Both the position numbers and the translations under genes were made by a program. From NCBI GenBank assembly GCA_022813865.1, contig JALDZX010000044.1, positions 62,001 to 126,000 of the forward strand: a DNA stretch of 64,000 nt, in the 5' to 3' direction. Below, in pieces: positions 23,685-36,700 of the stretch. This stretch comes from Xylographa opegraphella. Taxonomy: Eukaryota. The notes under the pieces were generated by a model. That model saw only the letters and a program-made list of their open reading frames with translations. It had not been told where the DNA came from and did no database searches. The first letter of the stretch is position 1; each line of letters opens with the position of its first letter.

Positions 23685-25424
23685 ATGGAGTCTCATAGCA
23701 CTTCTCAAAAGTACTTGAGTACGAGGGGTGGCTCCTATGGCGTAAGTATTCTCATTTCGACTTGCAGAAACCGCCCGACTTATGCGTATTAGATGCCCTT
23801 TGAAGATGTCGTACTCAAAGGATTAGCTTCAGACGGCGGGCTATTCATTTCAGAGGAGATTCCTTCCCTACCCAATAACTGGACAGAACGTTGGAGACAT
23901 CTCCCCTTTGCAGATTTGGCGTACGAAGTGCTTTCTCTCTATATATCACCTTCAGAGATACCCGCTTCAGATCTTAAATCAATTATTGATCGTAGTTATT
24001 CTACATTTCGTCATCCCTCTATAGCACCTCTATATCCTCTGGCGCCTTCACAGAACCTGCAACTTCTTGAGTTATTTCATGGCCCTACGTTTGCATTCAA
24101 GGACGTGGCGCTCCAATTCCTTGGAAACCTCTTTGAATATTTCCTGGTCCGCCGGAATGCATCTGATACCCGCTCAAGGCATCATCTTACAGTCATCGGA
24201 GCCACCAGTGGGGACACGGGGTCAGCTGCAATATACGGTCTCAGGGGCAAGAAGGATGTCTCAGTCTTCATCCTACACCCCAAGGGTCGCGTGTCCCCTA
24301 TTCAAGAAGCTCAAATGACGACTGTTCTTGACGCCAATGTACACAATCTCGCAGTCGAGGGTACATTCGATGACTGCCAAGATATGGTGAAAGCCCTCTT
24401 TGCAGATCCGGAGACAAATGCTGTACACAATCTTGGGGCGGTCAATTCTATCAACTGGGCGCGAATCCTCGCACAGATAACGTACTATTTCCACGCCTAC
24501 TTTTCACTGATAAATTCATCGTCCTTCAAGTCTGGTGATAAGATTCGCTTCGTCGTACCCACAGGTAATTTCGGCGACGTTCTTGCTGGATATTTTGCGA
24601 AGCAAATGGGTCTTCCTGTCGAAAAGCTAGTAGTCGCCACGAACGAAAATGATATTCTCGATCGCTTCTGGAAATCAGGCTGGTACGAGAAAAAGCCAGT
24701 TCATGGCGAAGCTGCAAAGGGGGGTTTAGCCAGTGACGGAGCGAAGGCGCATGAAGATGGCGCCAGGGAGACACTTAGTCCAGCTATGGATATTCTGGTC
24801 AGCAGCAATTTCGAGCGTTTGCTCTGGTTTCTTGTGTACCAAGGATCGCATGCAGATACCGTCCAATTGCGAAGAGAAGAAGCAGGACAGCAAGTAAAGT
24901 CCTGGCTCAACGAGCTCAAGAATAGTGGTGGCTTCGGGGTGTCTCCAGAAATACTCCAAGCAGCAAAGGTAGACTTTGAGAGCGAATGTATATCAGACAT
25001 CACTACGATCGAGACGATAAAGGATTTCTACAACGCTTCATCTCAACCTGACATGACACAGTCCAATGGAAATGGCGATAGAAATTACCTCACCAATGGG
25101 CAATCTTCACAAAAAGCAAAGTACATCCTCGATCCCCATTCAGCCATCGGCGTCGCCGCCTCCTTACTCTCTCTAATCCGTGCACCTCCGCCTTCCACAC
25201 ATCATATCTCACTTGCTACAGCGCATCCTGCTAAATTCGCGAGTGCGGTTCAGCTCGCCCTTGGAGAGAACGAGAGTTTTGATTTCGAGAAGGAAGTTCT
25301 CCCCACAGAATTTGTGGGGCTTGAGAAGAAGGAGCGGAGGGTTAGGGTTGTAGGGAAGGGAGAAGGATTGGAAGGCATGAGGAGGATCATTGGAGAAGAG
25401 GTGAAGGCGGAGACTCAGCGGTGA
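23685..25424 (+). CDS. THR4: Threonine synthase
   Basis: Exon 1 23685-23741 (YLSTRG), intron 23742-23792 (GTAAGT..TAG), exon 2 23793-25424. PLP-lysine motif FHGPTFAFKD, plus ATSGDTG, NSINWAR, VPTGNFGD, TAHPAKF. Confidence 0.97.
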
Positions 25425-26596
25425 GGTTGGAGAGATGGGTAGGTGTAGAATTGTATATAAAAAGTGCCTTTGTTGGGATTCCATCACTTTATCCACCATA
25501 GAACTCCTGTCCCAACTGTTGTCTAATAACTAGACTACATATCGCAATAGCTCTATTATCCAAACAATATCGCGGATTTTGCTCAAGAGTTCCGTTGAGT
25601 TCCTGCAACGCTCGCCAAATGGGCATCGCAGTGGAAAACCTCTGACGGGCTAATGAAACGCTATCAAAAAATGATGTAGGATCTGGCCACGGTGTTGCCA
25701 GAGTCTAAGTCACAACTCTCCTGCCACTCATTCGCAGACTCTTGAAGAGACAGTATGCGACTACTGGCTCTCGAACAGAAAAGCCTTATCACTACGGACC
25801 GTGTGGTCCGAGAGCGCGTTGCTGAATCGTTATAGTTATTGGATAGCCTTTGAGGTATGTATACATCAGGAATTCTTTGGTTATTAAGGAGATACAGTCA
25901 TAATACATTTTCATTATTCTACTGTAAGTAGTCTACTCTTTATATATAGTTTTGCGGAAGCCAAAGTTATTTGGGCGGGTAGAGCAATTTCATGAAATAG
26001 AACGATGACTGGCTATACAGAAGATCTCTTCAATAGTAGGTCTCACACAATTACGGGCATGGTCGAAGTTGAGTCGACATCGATGGTAAATCGAATTAAT
26101 AGTCAAGCCGCATTAGCTACTTCCGAAAGAAGTGATCCATGTCACAGCACAAATGGAGCACTCGAGAGATAATGGAAGCAGTGGATAGAAGTCTATATTT
26201 CTTGCAAGCGTACCGGCAAGTTATTTTGTAAATTTTATATGCATCTCGAACAACGATACATATCCATGGGCATTGTCGCAACCATCGCGTACACTCATCA
26301 GGAATCCGAGACCATGTCCATACAATCTCTTCCGCAACCTTCAGTTTATGTAGGCGTTGATTCTACTCGAATCTCTTGCTTTTTAACGGTAAAAAGTAAT
26401 CTGCAGTACAGCTGTAGGCACAGATAATCGATTGGTTTCGTATGACTCATAATCGTTCGTGAGTCCGGTCTCCGACCGATCTAGCATGGTCTTTGGGGTC
26501 AGGCCACTGCGGTGCTAAGTTTGATTATGTACTGGGACACGATCGAGAAAACATTGGAGGTCTTAACCGTCCTTCGGATATAACTTAAAATAGCCT

Positions 26597-28512
26597 TCAA
26601 GGTGGCTGTGATGGAGATTCCGAATGAGCTCCTACAGGAGTAGTTTCTGCGATTGGAGCTACTGCCGCAATTGAAGCGGCTGGCTGAGTTTCTGGTGACT
26701 CTGCTATTTTTGCTGGTGTTGTACTGGCTGGGGAGGGAGTTGATGTCGAAGTGCTCGCTGCGATCGTGGTGGCTGAAGTTACAATGGCTGGTTTTGCTGC
26801 CTGTGCAGGCATACCGCCCCTAACGCTGCCACCTCGTCCTCTCCCAATTCCACCACGCCCACCTCTCGGACCTGTAGGGGCACCGCCACCTCTATTAGCA
26901 GTCAAAGCTGGTCCACCTCTAATATTTCTAGCTTGTAGTGTAGGTCCCGTCTTTCTTTCTATGACCACTACTTGACCCTGGGCCACTTTCACTGGACTTC
27001 CAGCGATGGCCTTTTGTAAGCCTTCGGGATCCGCAAAGTCTATGTATGCAAACCCCTTCTTTTTGTCGATCTCAACTTTGGTAATGGTACCAAAATTTGC
27101 GAACACCTCTTCGAGCAAAGGCTCCGTTATGCCTTGGGAGGGATTAGCGTGCTTCAGAAAAGCTTGGGTGGAAGTTGAAGCTGGTAGTATTGCTTTTGGA
27201 GAGGCAGACACTGGAGGTTGTTGAGGTCTTGGCGAATTGGCGTTCGGGGGCTTGTGTGTGGACCTCGACGCTGCTGGACCAGTAGGCGGTTGTGTCGTAA
27301 CAGGATTTGCAGATTTTGGGACATTGACTTGTGGTGTAGCTTGCCCGAGTGCTACGTTCGAGATAGGTGAAGCGATATTGCTGGTAGGGTTTCCGGGACT
27401 CTGTGTAGTAACAGGCGGCTTGGATACATTTGTTGTGGTAGATGATGCTGGATTCGCAACTGGCACATCCCTTCTCCGTCTTCCTCCAGGACTGCCGGCC
27501 AAGCCGAGGTCCCTCTGAATGCGTGCTGCAGCATTCATAGGACCTCTTTCGCGCTTACGTTCGGGTGTGGGTGCTGGAGCAGGTGGCGGGGTAGGCACAT
27601 CCTTTGAGGGGGGCGATGGAGCTGGCGAAGCACTGGTATTCTTATTGACGCTCTGTACTTGCTTGTTTAGAAGCTTGACGGCTTCACGAGCAGCTTTCTC
27701 CACTTTGATTGCTGCCACACTTCTTTTTTCGATCTGAGGACTTGTAGTATTGCCATTCTTAGGAGGAGTCTTCTTTTCGGATCCTTGACTAGATTTGCTC
27801 TCCTTTGAATCGTTGCGATTATGCTTGGCTGCTTTGGCCGTAACAGCTGCCTCTTTCCCTTTGTTCGCTTTCTTGTCTCGAAGGTATTGGATCAGAGGCG
27901 TCACTGTGACGGCTTCTTTCTTCGGCTCCATGTCACTTCCACCTTCGACAGGAGCAGGTTTAGTAGTAGGGTTGGTCAAACTCTCTAAGAAGTCGATAAA
28001 TTCTGGGTCCAGGTCAATCGTTCCCTGCCGTGCATCCTTGCGTGGTTTTGCATTCGGAACACGGCCGTAGGCTGCAAACTCCACGGAAGGAGGTCCCAGT
28101 AGTGCTGGGTCACCCCCAGTAGCTTTGGCATCGGAGAATTGAGCTTCCCTAACTTCATTGGAGAGAAGACCAAGATACTCTTGCTTGGTCAAGTGGAGAT
28201 AGACTCTCGCTGGCCTTGATGGCTTCGCTAGACTGCAGGGCTCTGGTCAGTCAGTCCGCTGGAGGTTTGTTATCATGTAGCTCACTCCCGAGATATCTTT
28301 CCAGGTTTGAAGGATGCCCAGTCCACCCTATCTCCCCCAAGCCTCCATTGATCGCCCAGAGTCGAGTAGAACTCTTGCTCGGTCAGTCCGGGAGGTAACC
28401 TGCGTATGACTATCTTCGTTCGAGGCAGAGCAGCTCTTGCAGGAGTAGGACCCATATTGTTAGACGGTCGATGTCTGGCGATAGCATAACGGGGATGCGC
28501 CGAAGAGGCCAT
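26597..28512 (-). CDS. UPF3: Nonsense-mediated decay factor Upf3 (Smg-4/UPF3 domain plus C-terminal RRM)
   Basis: ATG 28512. KIVIRRLPPGLTEQEF..FKPGKISRD|LAKPSRPARVYL across intron 28285-28233, then PPSVEFAAY, QGTIDLDPEFIDFLESL, a C-terminal RRM (KKKGFAYIDF) and an RGG tract. Confidence 0.92.
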
Positions 28513-28754
28513 TTCAGAATGCACTAGACATTTAAGAACGGCACTAAGCTCACAAATATAAACACTTTGAATCCTCACTCGTCACGATCTCCAAACAACA
28601 CCTGACACATACCTGGCTTTGTGAGTATTACTCTTTCCCTTCCATATTGGTCTTCCGTCGTGACATATGCGACTAATACACAGAGCGTTAGGCTACCCGC
28701 TGACTTCGCTCCCGCTTCGAACGGAATCAAGTTTCGCCGCACCGTAGTGTCAAC

Positions 28755-30207
28755 ATGCCTGAACTCACAGAAGCCGAGCTCGCGTTGAAAGCCGTGCGAA
28801 CACACATTCGCGGGCGATCTCAACCGTTGCTCTCATTACCAGATCGTTCCATCGTCCCCTCAGGACCCCCTCCAACTCATCCCAATCCTGTACCAGCCCA
28901 ACGTGCAGAACGTATCATGGTCCAGCCAGTCGTTCCCCAGCCGGGCCCTGCTCGATTGGGCAAAAACTCTGAGTTGGACCAATGGCTTGCTGCCGCCAAA
29001 AAGAACAAATATCTACCAGAGCGTGTTATGAAGCAGTTATTTGAAATCTGCAAGGAGCTCTTGATGGAAGAGTCCAACACCCAACCTGTCTCTACTCCTG
29101 TTACCATCTGCGGTGATATTCACGGTCAATTCTACGATCTCCTTGAACTTCTGAGAGTTGCTGGTGGTATGCCAGGTGAAGACAACGCCAACCCTCCTGC
29201 ACCTTCTCGTGCCTTCTCTGCTGAGGATATCGAGCCACCTACCACGATCACCGACCCAAAACTTCAAAAGAAACTCAAGAAAGTTCAACAGAATACTGTG
29301 GGTGAAGGTAGCAGCAGCAATGTTAGCAGTGACAACAATGACGACGATGAGGACGCTGATGAAGACCGCGGACGTACACGCAAAGTTGATCCCACTGCCG
29401 ACCTCAAAGAAGGCGACCAAGGCCTGCCCGGAACTGGTAATTTCATCTTCATGGGCGACTTCGTGGACCGCGGCTACTTCAGTTTGGAAACCTTAACACT
29501 TCTTCTTTGCCTTAAAGCTCGGTAAGCTATCTTTGTCTACCAACCTTCACTCTCATTCTATCTCGGCTAACACTCGTGTTCCCAGCTACCCTGATCGCAT
29601 CACTCTTATTCGCGGCAACCACGAGTCCCGCCAGATCACCCAAGTCTACGGCTTTTATGAAGAGTGCCACCAGAAATACGGCAACCCCTCCGTCTGGAAA
29701 GCTGCCACCCAAGTCTTCGACTTCCTTCCTCTTGCTGCCCTTGTCGATGGCAAAGTCCTCTGCGTCCACGGCGGCCTATCTCCCGAGATCCGCACCCTCG
29801 ACCAAATCCGCGTGATCGCGCGCGCTCAAGAAATCCCGCACGAGGGCGCCTTCTGCGACCTCGTGTGGAGCGACCCGGAGGAAGTGGAAACGTGGGCCGT
29901 CAGCCCTCGCGGCGCCGGGTGGCTGTTTGGCGACAAAGTCGCCACCGAATTCAACCACGTCAACGGGCTGCAGTTGATCGCGCGCGCGCACCAGCTCGTC
30001 AACGAGGGCTACAAGTGGCACTTCAAGGACAAGTCCGTGGCCACGGTGTGGAGCGCGCCCAACTACTGCTACCGCTGTGGCAACGTGGCGTCCATCATGA
30101 AGCTCGGCGAAGATTTGGAAGCGAAGTTCAACATCTTCGCCGCCGTGCCGAACGACATGCGCGCCGTGCCGGCTACCTCCGGCCGCCGGAGCGAATACTT
30201 TCTTTAG
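28755..30207 (+). CDS. PPG1: PP2A-like Ser/Thr protein phosphatase (Ppg1 type)
   Basis: PPP motifs GDIHG, GDFVDRG, RGNHE, HGG, RAHQL, SAPNYC and C-terminal EYFL. Intron 29522-29585. Long insert after VAGGMPG. Confidence 0.9.
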
Positions 30208-30233
30208 GGCACGGCGCCTTGCTCTCTCGCCCT

Positions 30234-30259
30234 CGGTTCGGTCGGTCGGTCGGTCGGTT
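30234..30259 (+). repeat. (GGTC)n tetranucleotide microsatellite in the PPG1 3' region
   Basis: cggttcggtcggtcggtcggtcggttc. Confidence 0.8.
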
Positions 30260-31195
30260 CTGCATAGCGGGCATGGGGGAGCGCGGATACCCGGGTGGCG
30301 TTGGGCGGACGATCTGGGACGGTGATGATTCCCTCGTGCGTGGGTGGGTGAGCCTTTTTGCATGTATACATAGCTTTCTCCATAGGCATCCACCCCGCCT
30401 ACGAATTGATTGACGATTTTTTCACTGTGCGTGCTGTTCGAATGACTTGGTGCGTGTTGAGGTGACAGCTCACATCTATAGCCATGACTATAGCCCTCCG
30501 TCCTACCTTCACAGCTAAGGTACGCATGCCCCTCCAGGAGACACTCACCAGCGCGTGATTCTGTGGCTACTGCCCCTTTTTTCGTGTCCCTCTCTCGCGC
30601 GGACTGGGACGTATCCGTAGGTAGGACTCCTGAATGGGTGGCTGGTTGGGCGTCCACTGCTCTACTGGGGAACATCTGCTCCTGATATAAGCCCCCTCAT
30701 ATACGGAGTACGAAGCGGATGAAAGTAACCTACCGCGTAAACTCCATACCATGATCCTCAACCGCCCCCTCTTCACACAAACCCAATGACCTACATATAT
30801 CGTAGTGAAACCAAAAGCGTCTCCAGTACCCGACATGGTGATCCAAGCCCCAGTTTACAATCCCCCAGGCACATAATGAAAAGGGCATGCAACTCCTGCA
30901 CAAAGCACACATCATCAAATGGCTTTGCTAATACAACTCAACGATAATGGTTGACATCTTGCCAAGGAAGGACTACATACACACAACGCAACCATACGTC
31001 CATTGCCGCATCACAGCATTGGAAACCCCCCAGGAGAAGCGATCGATAAGCAGCCATCAAGTCATCACTACATTAAAGCCTCCCCCAGATGCCCCCAGCA
31101 ATCCACATCATGTACAGCCAAACGCCACCAGCGTCTCGTCGTCGTCGTTACGCTAACCCACCTCACCCACCAGTTCCCTTTGTATCCCCACGCAC

Positions 31196-33772
31196 TCAAA
31201 TAACGATATACTCGCCATCGACCTTATCCATCGCCCTGCGCCACTTGAACCCTTGCGCCTGCTCCTTACACCCGCTCAGCGGCTCCGCCGCCCGCTCCAG
31301 CGCCAGCTTGCGGTCGTCGTCGCGCCACACCTTCTCCAGCAAGTCGAGGCCGCTGATGTTGTTGAAGAAGCCCGAGTCCTTCTGGATGTCCAGGCAGCGG
31401 CCACGGATGAGGCCGCGGTGCGCCTCGTGCACGCACTCGGTACCGGTGATGAACAGCGGCCAAAGCAGGTAGACGTCGCTCTTGACCTGGGCGATATAGA
31501 AGAGCGCCTGGGCAACAAGGCGCTGGAAGTTGTCGGCTGAGGACGGCGTGTGCGGGTAGGCGAGGCGCTCCGTGTAGAGGAGGGCCGAGTAGCGGAACGA
31601 CTCCGAGATGTGGAGGAGGTCGAGCCGATTGACCTCGAGCGAGGGGGAGTGCATGGGCTGGGGCAGAGCGGTGGCATCGAGGGACCAGTCGGTGAGCTTC
31701 CGCCGGATGTCCGTCCACTCGCTCCAGAACTGGGAGCGTCCGTCAGCGGCGTGCTCGGGTAGGAGCTCTTCGTCGGAGAAGGGCGTCCACCCGTTGCCGT
31801 CCAGACGAGAGTAGTTCATAGAATAGTACTCCGTGGTGCGGGGCTGGGGGGAGGCTTTGGGGGTGGTGTTGGGGGATTCAGTGACGGCTTTGCCTTGAGA
31901 CAGGAGGTTCAGGCGGCCAAGCTTGGCGATGGTGCTGAAGAGTCGACCGTCGCAGCCGGCGAGGTTCTCGAGGGACCAATCTTCGGTGGAATTGGCGGGT
32001 GATAGGGCTGTACTATATGTATAGTCGTGGAACTGACCTTCGCGATCATTAACGGTGGCGGTCATAGCATCGAACCAGGTGAACATGGTGCGGAGCCAGG
32101 CGGTTTCCTTCGAGTTCGTGCCGACGTCGCCACGGAGGGCAAGAATCTTCTTGACACCGGCAAATTGGGTCTTGAACTTCGCAACGCCGGTGTCGCAGAT
32201 GTGGTAGAGGCAAAGCATGAGCAGGGTGGCCAGGATCGAATCGTCTTTTCTTCGAGAAGGATCTGCAAGTTGAGCGTTCAGCGTTCGGATAGATTCTCCC
32301 TTGTGATGGAGCTCTTCTTTGGATGGAACGCCAGGGTGAGTTTTAGTGTCATCGGCATGCTGAGTGTCATCGTTCAGGATGGTATGAGCCAAGGATGATT
32401 TTCTCACGGAATTATCATGTGGAGTATTGGAGAGGGTCAACCTGGGCTGTGTGGCCGCCGACGGATTATGCTCTCTCCTCATTCTGAGGTTGCTGGCAGA
32501 GAGTGCAGCGATTGCATGCTGCAGTGTCTCGCTCTCTTGTGCTAACTGGAGAATGTGAGTTCGATAAGGGTTGGTTGGTCCATCAAAGGCAACGATTACG
32601 GGAGAAATGACTTTGTCATAATAATTGATCAGGAATCGAAGCCCGGCAGTCTTTCCTATCGATAACGAAGGAATAGACCTGGAAAGTTCCAGTGAAGTGG
32701 TCATCCCTCCATCATCTAGACCGCTACTTAGTGAAAAGTCGTTCACAATGATCTTTTGCTCATAGAGATCTTCTTGCTTTACTTGGTGATCTTCGCCGTC
32801 GAGTTCTTGGACAGTAGAGATAGCCTGGCTCCCAAGGAGATGATCGAGCGTATGAGCTACCACCGGGTCCGCAAAAAATCCGTCGTCTTCACGGAAATCT
32901 CGACTGCTCTGATCAGAGCTTAAGCTGGAGCTCATTGTCTCCGATGGCCAATACCCAACATCATGCGGGGTAAAGAAGTTTCCGTGCATCGAATTAGTGA
33001 CTACGCCATGCTGACGATAGTCTTCCTTGTACATTGGCGTATCAAGCGAATGGAAAGCCGGGGTAAGAGGTGAGCACTCGACAGCATTGTCGAATCGGTC
33101 TCCATATCCCCCAAAGACGGTAGCTGTCATCGGCACGGCTCCGTAATCTTGCATACGCAGGGCTGGGACATGCAGCGGCTCCATTGAATGACGTCTAGGA
33201 GTGCGCTTCACATTAGGACGTTGAGCATTTCGTTGATTGTTGCCACGGTTTGGAGGGTTTGGTATGGGCCACTGGAAATTGGGTGGGGGAAGAGCGGGAG
33301 ACGTTGCTGGTGCGTTCGGATCGACGTTGACGAAACCAAAAGTCGTTGGTATAGGATACGTCGTCGACTGAGGTGACTGAACTGGCTTATCATTGCTGGC
33401 ATGGGCAGGGCTTTTGGCATTTGTGTTCGTCTTCGCATTGTTGTTGCTCTTTTTAGCAGGAGGATCTTTCTCCACCGGCGCAACTTTCTTGCTCTTCGCT
33501 ATTGGTAACGACAGACCTCGAAGCTTGCCTCGGCTTGCCACCCCAACACCCCAAGTCAATGTGGTCTTGTATCCTGAACAATCCTTCCCTCGATCCAGAC
33601 ATGGAGTGCAGTACGGGCGTCGTCGGTCACACTGCGTGTGCCGGTCCTGGCAAGCGAAGCAATCGTCTGCAGCCCCGCTCGTCGGCGCTCTTCGACGTCG
33701 TTTGCGGGGCGAAGGGGGTGGGTCGACGACGACAGGAGCTTCGATGTCCATGTTTGTTGTTTCGGCAGCCAT
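31196..33772 (-). CDS. acr-2: Zn2Cys6 transcription factor, acr-2-like, with C-terminal fungal-specific TF domain
   Basis: First ATG 33772 (the ORF-track start at 33790 is TTG). CFACQDRHTQCDRRRPYCTPCLDRGKDCSGYKTTLTWGVGVASRGKLRG matches the Neurospora ACR-2 type cluster (recalled). C-terminal LWPLFITGTEC..GFFNN. Confidence 0.85.
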   Translation of the reverse strand: MAAETTNMDIEAPVVVDPPPSPRKRRRRAPTSGAADDCFACQDRHTQCDRRRPYCTPCLDRGKDCSGYKTTLTWGVGVASRGKLRGLSLPIAKSKKVAPVEKDPPAKKSNNNAKTNTNAKSPAHASNDKPVQSPQSTTYPIPTTFGFVNVDPNAPATSPALPPPNFQWPIPNPPNRGNNQRNAQRPNVKRTPRRHSMEPLHVPALRMQDYGAVPMTATVFGGYGDRFDNAVECSPLTPAFHSLDTPMYKEDYRQHGVVTNSMHGNFFTPHDVGYWPSETMSSSLSSDQSSRDFREDDGFFADPVVAHTLDHLLGSQAISTVQELDGEDHQVKQEDLYEQKIIVNDFSLSSGLDDGGMTTSLELSRSIPSLSIGKTAGLRFLINYYDKVISPVIVAFDGPTNPYRTHILQLAQESETLQHAIAALSASNLRMRREHNPSAATQPRLTLSNTPHDNSVRKSSLAHTILNDDTQHADDTKTHPGVPSKEELHHKGESIRTLNAQLADPSRRKDDSILATLLMLCLYHICDTGVAKFKTQFAGVKKILALRGDVGTNSKETAWLRTMFTWFDAMTATVNDREGQFHDYTYSTALSPANSTEDWSLENLAGCDGRLFSTIAKLGRLNLLSQGKAVTESPNTTPKASPQPRTTEYYSMNYSRLDGNGWTPFSDEELLPEHAADGRSQFWSEWTDIRRKLTDWSLDATALPQPMHSPSLEVNRLDLLHISESFRYSALLYTERLAYPHTPSSADNFQRLVAQALFYIAQVKSDVYLLWPLFITGTECVHEAHRGLIRGRCLDIQKDSGFFNNISGLDLLEKVWRDDDRKLALERAAEPLSGCKEQAQGFKWRRAMDKVDGEYIVI

Positions 33773-36700
33773 GGGAAACGATGGTTTCAATCACGTGCAG
33801 ATGTTTTGTTTCGAGTATTCGTGACTGTTGTTACAGTAATATGGTAGCGACTGCTGTTGGCAGGTATCATCGATAGCCACTCGTCGAGGTCATGAACGTC
33901 GTGCCAATCGTGAAGGCTTTATGCCTCGCAAGAGAACGCCTCGAGCCTGATGTCTTAGAAGTCAGGGCGAGGAGGACGTGCAGGATGAGAGGGACGTGTC
34001 GAGTTCCTTCGGAGGTCAAGCAGAATGGAGACGAAGAAGCGAGGATAGGAATGGTTCGTGGTGAAGGATGACGGCAGTCGAAATGACAGTACCAAACCCT
34101 CTCGACTACAACGGCGGGTGGTGTACCAAGAAGCTACACAGCTGCAGACTGGCCGGTTGGCGCTGGATAGCGGAGTTGAGAAGTTGGGGTGGCTGCTCAC
34201 CGGGCAGACGACGGTTTCGACCAAGCCCTGGTGCTTTGGTAGAACGATCATGCAGCCGATAACGAGTGAAAGCTTAGCTCTCTTCCGTGCCCACCCGACC
34301 TTGTTCCTTGCCCACCATCGCACCTTGTTCGATGCACGAGTGTGGTTGCATGCAAAAGGTAGCGCGGTCGGCCAGGCCCCGGAATCATTGCTGTTGGTTG
34401 GTCGAGATTAGGGTCGATTAGGCTGTGCGCCAGGGCTTCTAAGGCCTACGCCGTCGCCATCCTTGATTTGATGGGACAAGTCGGCACGACGCTGGTGCGA
34501 ACGGGTGTGGGACCGGTGGGAAAGGTGGGAAAGAGAGAGAGGTCGGGATGGCGTCGCTGGATGGCTCGAGGCCTAAGTTCGAGGATGAGGTCGGAGGCGT
34601 CGACAAACACCGGAAGCGATCTGGTTCACGTTGCCCGTGGCCTTCTCGAGCAGCGATGGAGTGCTCCGTAACCACGAGTACACCGTACTGTGTATATCTC
34701 CAAACTCCCCTCGGCGTCATCTCAAGACGGATCGGCAGCCTTTAGAAGTCGTATGGAACGTTGGACAAGCCGGCCTCCAAATTCGCACCCGTCGTCACCG
34801 CCAATGATCGGTCGGCGCACGCACTCGCCCCTCTCCTCCTGGAAAGCCCCGCACCACTCGTGCACGGATAGCTCTAGGTACCTCTGTAGCAGACCGTACA
34901 ACCAGCAGGAGTACTCTCTTCCGCTGGGTAGCATCAACAGTACAGCACTGTGAATGTCAGAGCATGGATGAAGGATGTAAATCGCCTGGTTCGGCGGGGG
35001 AAGGCATGGATCGCGCCGGCCGGCAGAAAGGGCTACGATCATGGCCGCCAATCACAACAGACGGCAGCACCGCAAATCAACGCTGGCGCTTGAGTGGATG
35101 AGGCAGGTGCTCCGTCGTAGGCTCTCCCGGGACTTATGCATGGAAGAAATAGAATTCCCGCCGTCAGAACATCACTATTTTCCGTCCTTCCAGCAGCGAT
35201 TCATGGGCAACCGCCCCCCCCTTGGAGAGGTGGTCTGTGGCACTTTTGCTTCAACGTAAAGGCTGACAAGCTGGAGAGAGGGAGGAGAAGAAGACCGGCC
35301 TCTTCTCGGACTTGATGGTTGCATGACACAGGAACCGAGTCCCCCGTCCGGGGGCTGGATGGCAGGAATAATGCACCACACGACGCAACTCTGTTGTTGA
35401 ACAAACCGCCAGGCGATCAACAGGGAGGTCGCCTATTTCTATGTCCTTCGCCACTGTCCGTGACAAATCCTTCCTCGATAACCCCCACTCTCTCTCCCTC
35501 TCCCTCTCTCAGGCCACCTGTGCTGGTGTGGTGCGCCAGTGCGCGGCAGCTGGAGGCAGGACTCAACCACACACCCTGTTCGCCTTCGGCCCAATACTGG
35601 AATTATCCCGAATCCAACCACCAATACAATGCGCTGGAGCCCATCATCTGGGATGTTGTCTCACTCGTGCAGAGCAGGAGTCTTCCCAGGTCGTCGGCTC
35701 TGCTGTTCCATGTCTTCAAAGACTGGAAGGTTGTGAACTCTGCTCTCGGCGAGATTACGATGTAGACTCCGTAGTCCGTAAAGTAAAGTCAGCCACTGAA
35801 CTGTGCCGAGGCATATTCCTAGGATATCTTACACATGATGCCGGAGAGCGCGACTGAGGACGGGACACATGATGGCGTGAGCGGAGGTTTCGCCGCAAAG
35901 GCACGGGTAGCTGCTTCGATGATTGATCTCCGATTTCATGCTTAATTTAATCTCCTTGATGCCAATTAATAATGCTTTCCAATTTGGAGCCTCCCCGGAG
36001 CCGCGGCATGGCAGAAGGTTGAAACCCGAGTCGAGCTACTCTCAGGATTTGTAGAGGCACGCACATTGCTTACGCGTGACCAGATGGTTTGCCTTATAGC
36101 TGTGCTACCGTTCTCCGGTCTCAGTTGCTTTGCCCGTGCTACCATCGCTCCGTGGTCGTACGGCGCCGGTATGACACGCCTCTTTGGTGAACTATCTCTG
36201 CGTTGATGCTTACCAGCCTCCCTTCCCAAGCACGCGTCTATGTAAGCGACTCATTATGATGGGGCCAGTCGCAATAATGATTTGACTATCATGGCTTCCC
36301 TCTAACCAAGGGGTATCGCTATGTCCGCTGCACTCCTGGTTTCTGCATCTCATTGTCGTTCAATTTTTTTTGTTAATTGCTCTCCCTCCTATTCTACTTC
36401 CGGTTCATTCTTACCTGTAACTCTGATGTTGTACACAACCCCAGCCATGATCTCGAACCCTGTGTTCTCCACACCTGTAAACCTCACCTGTTGTCATGCC
36501 GATGCCTATCTACGCCCTCTGTCGCCCGTTTGTTCCGACAACATTTATTTTCAATTCAATTTTTCCCCCAAGCCTACCTCAGCTTGGCCCTAGGACTGGA
36601 TCATGTACCTCCATCACGGTAATAGTGTCATAGCCTATGTTGTCGAGTCGCTGTAAAGATGGTTGTCATTGGCTATCCTCATTCGCGGCCCCAGTGCTTG

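Noticed and set aside
25500..26590. Possible gene remnant between THR4 and UPF3
   Set aside because: No sustained reading frame or recognisable motif.
17616..30675. Long antisense or alternate-frame ORFs (e.g. 17616-18530, 19183-19935, 20054-20821, 29664-30413, 29776-30675)
   Set aside because: Shadow ORFs of GC-rich real genes, with no recognisable motifs.
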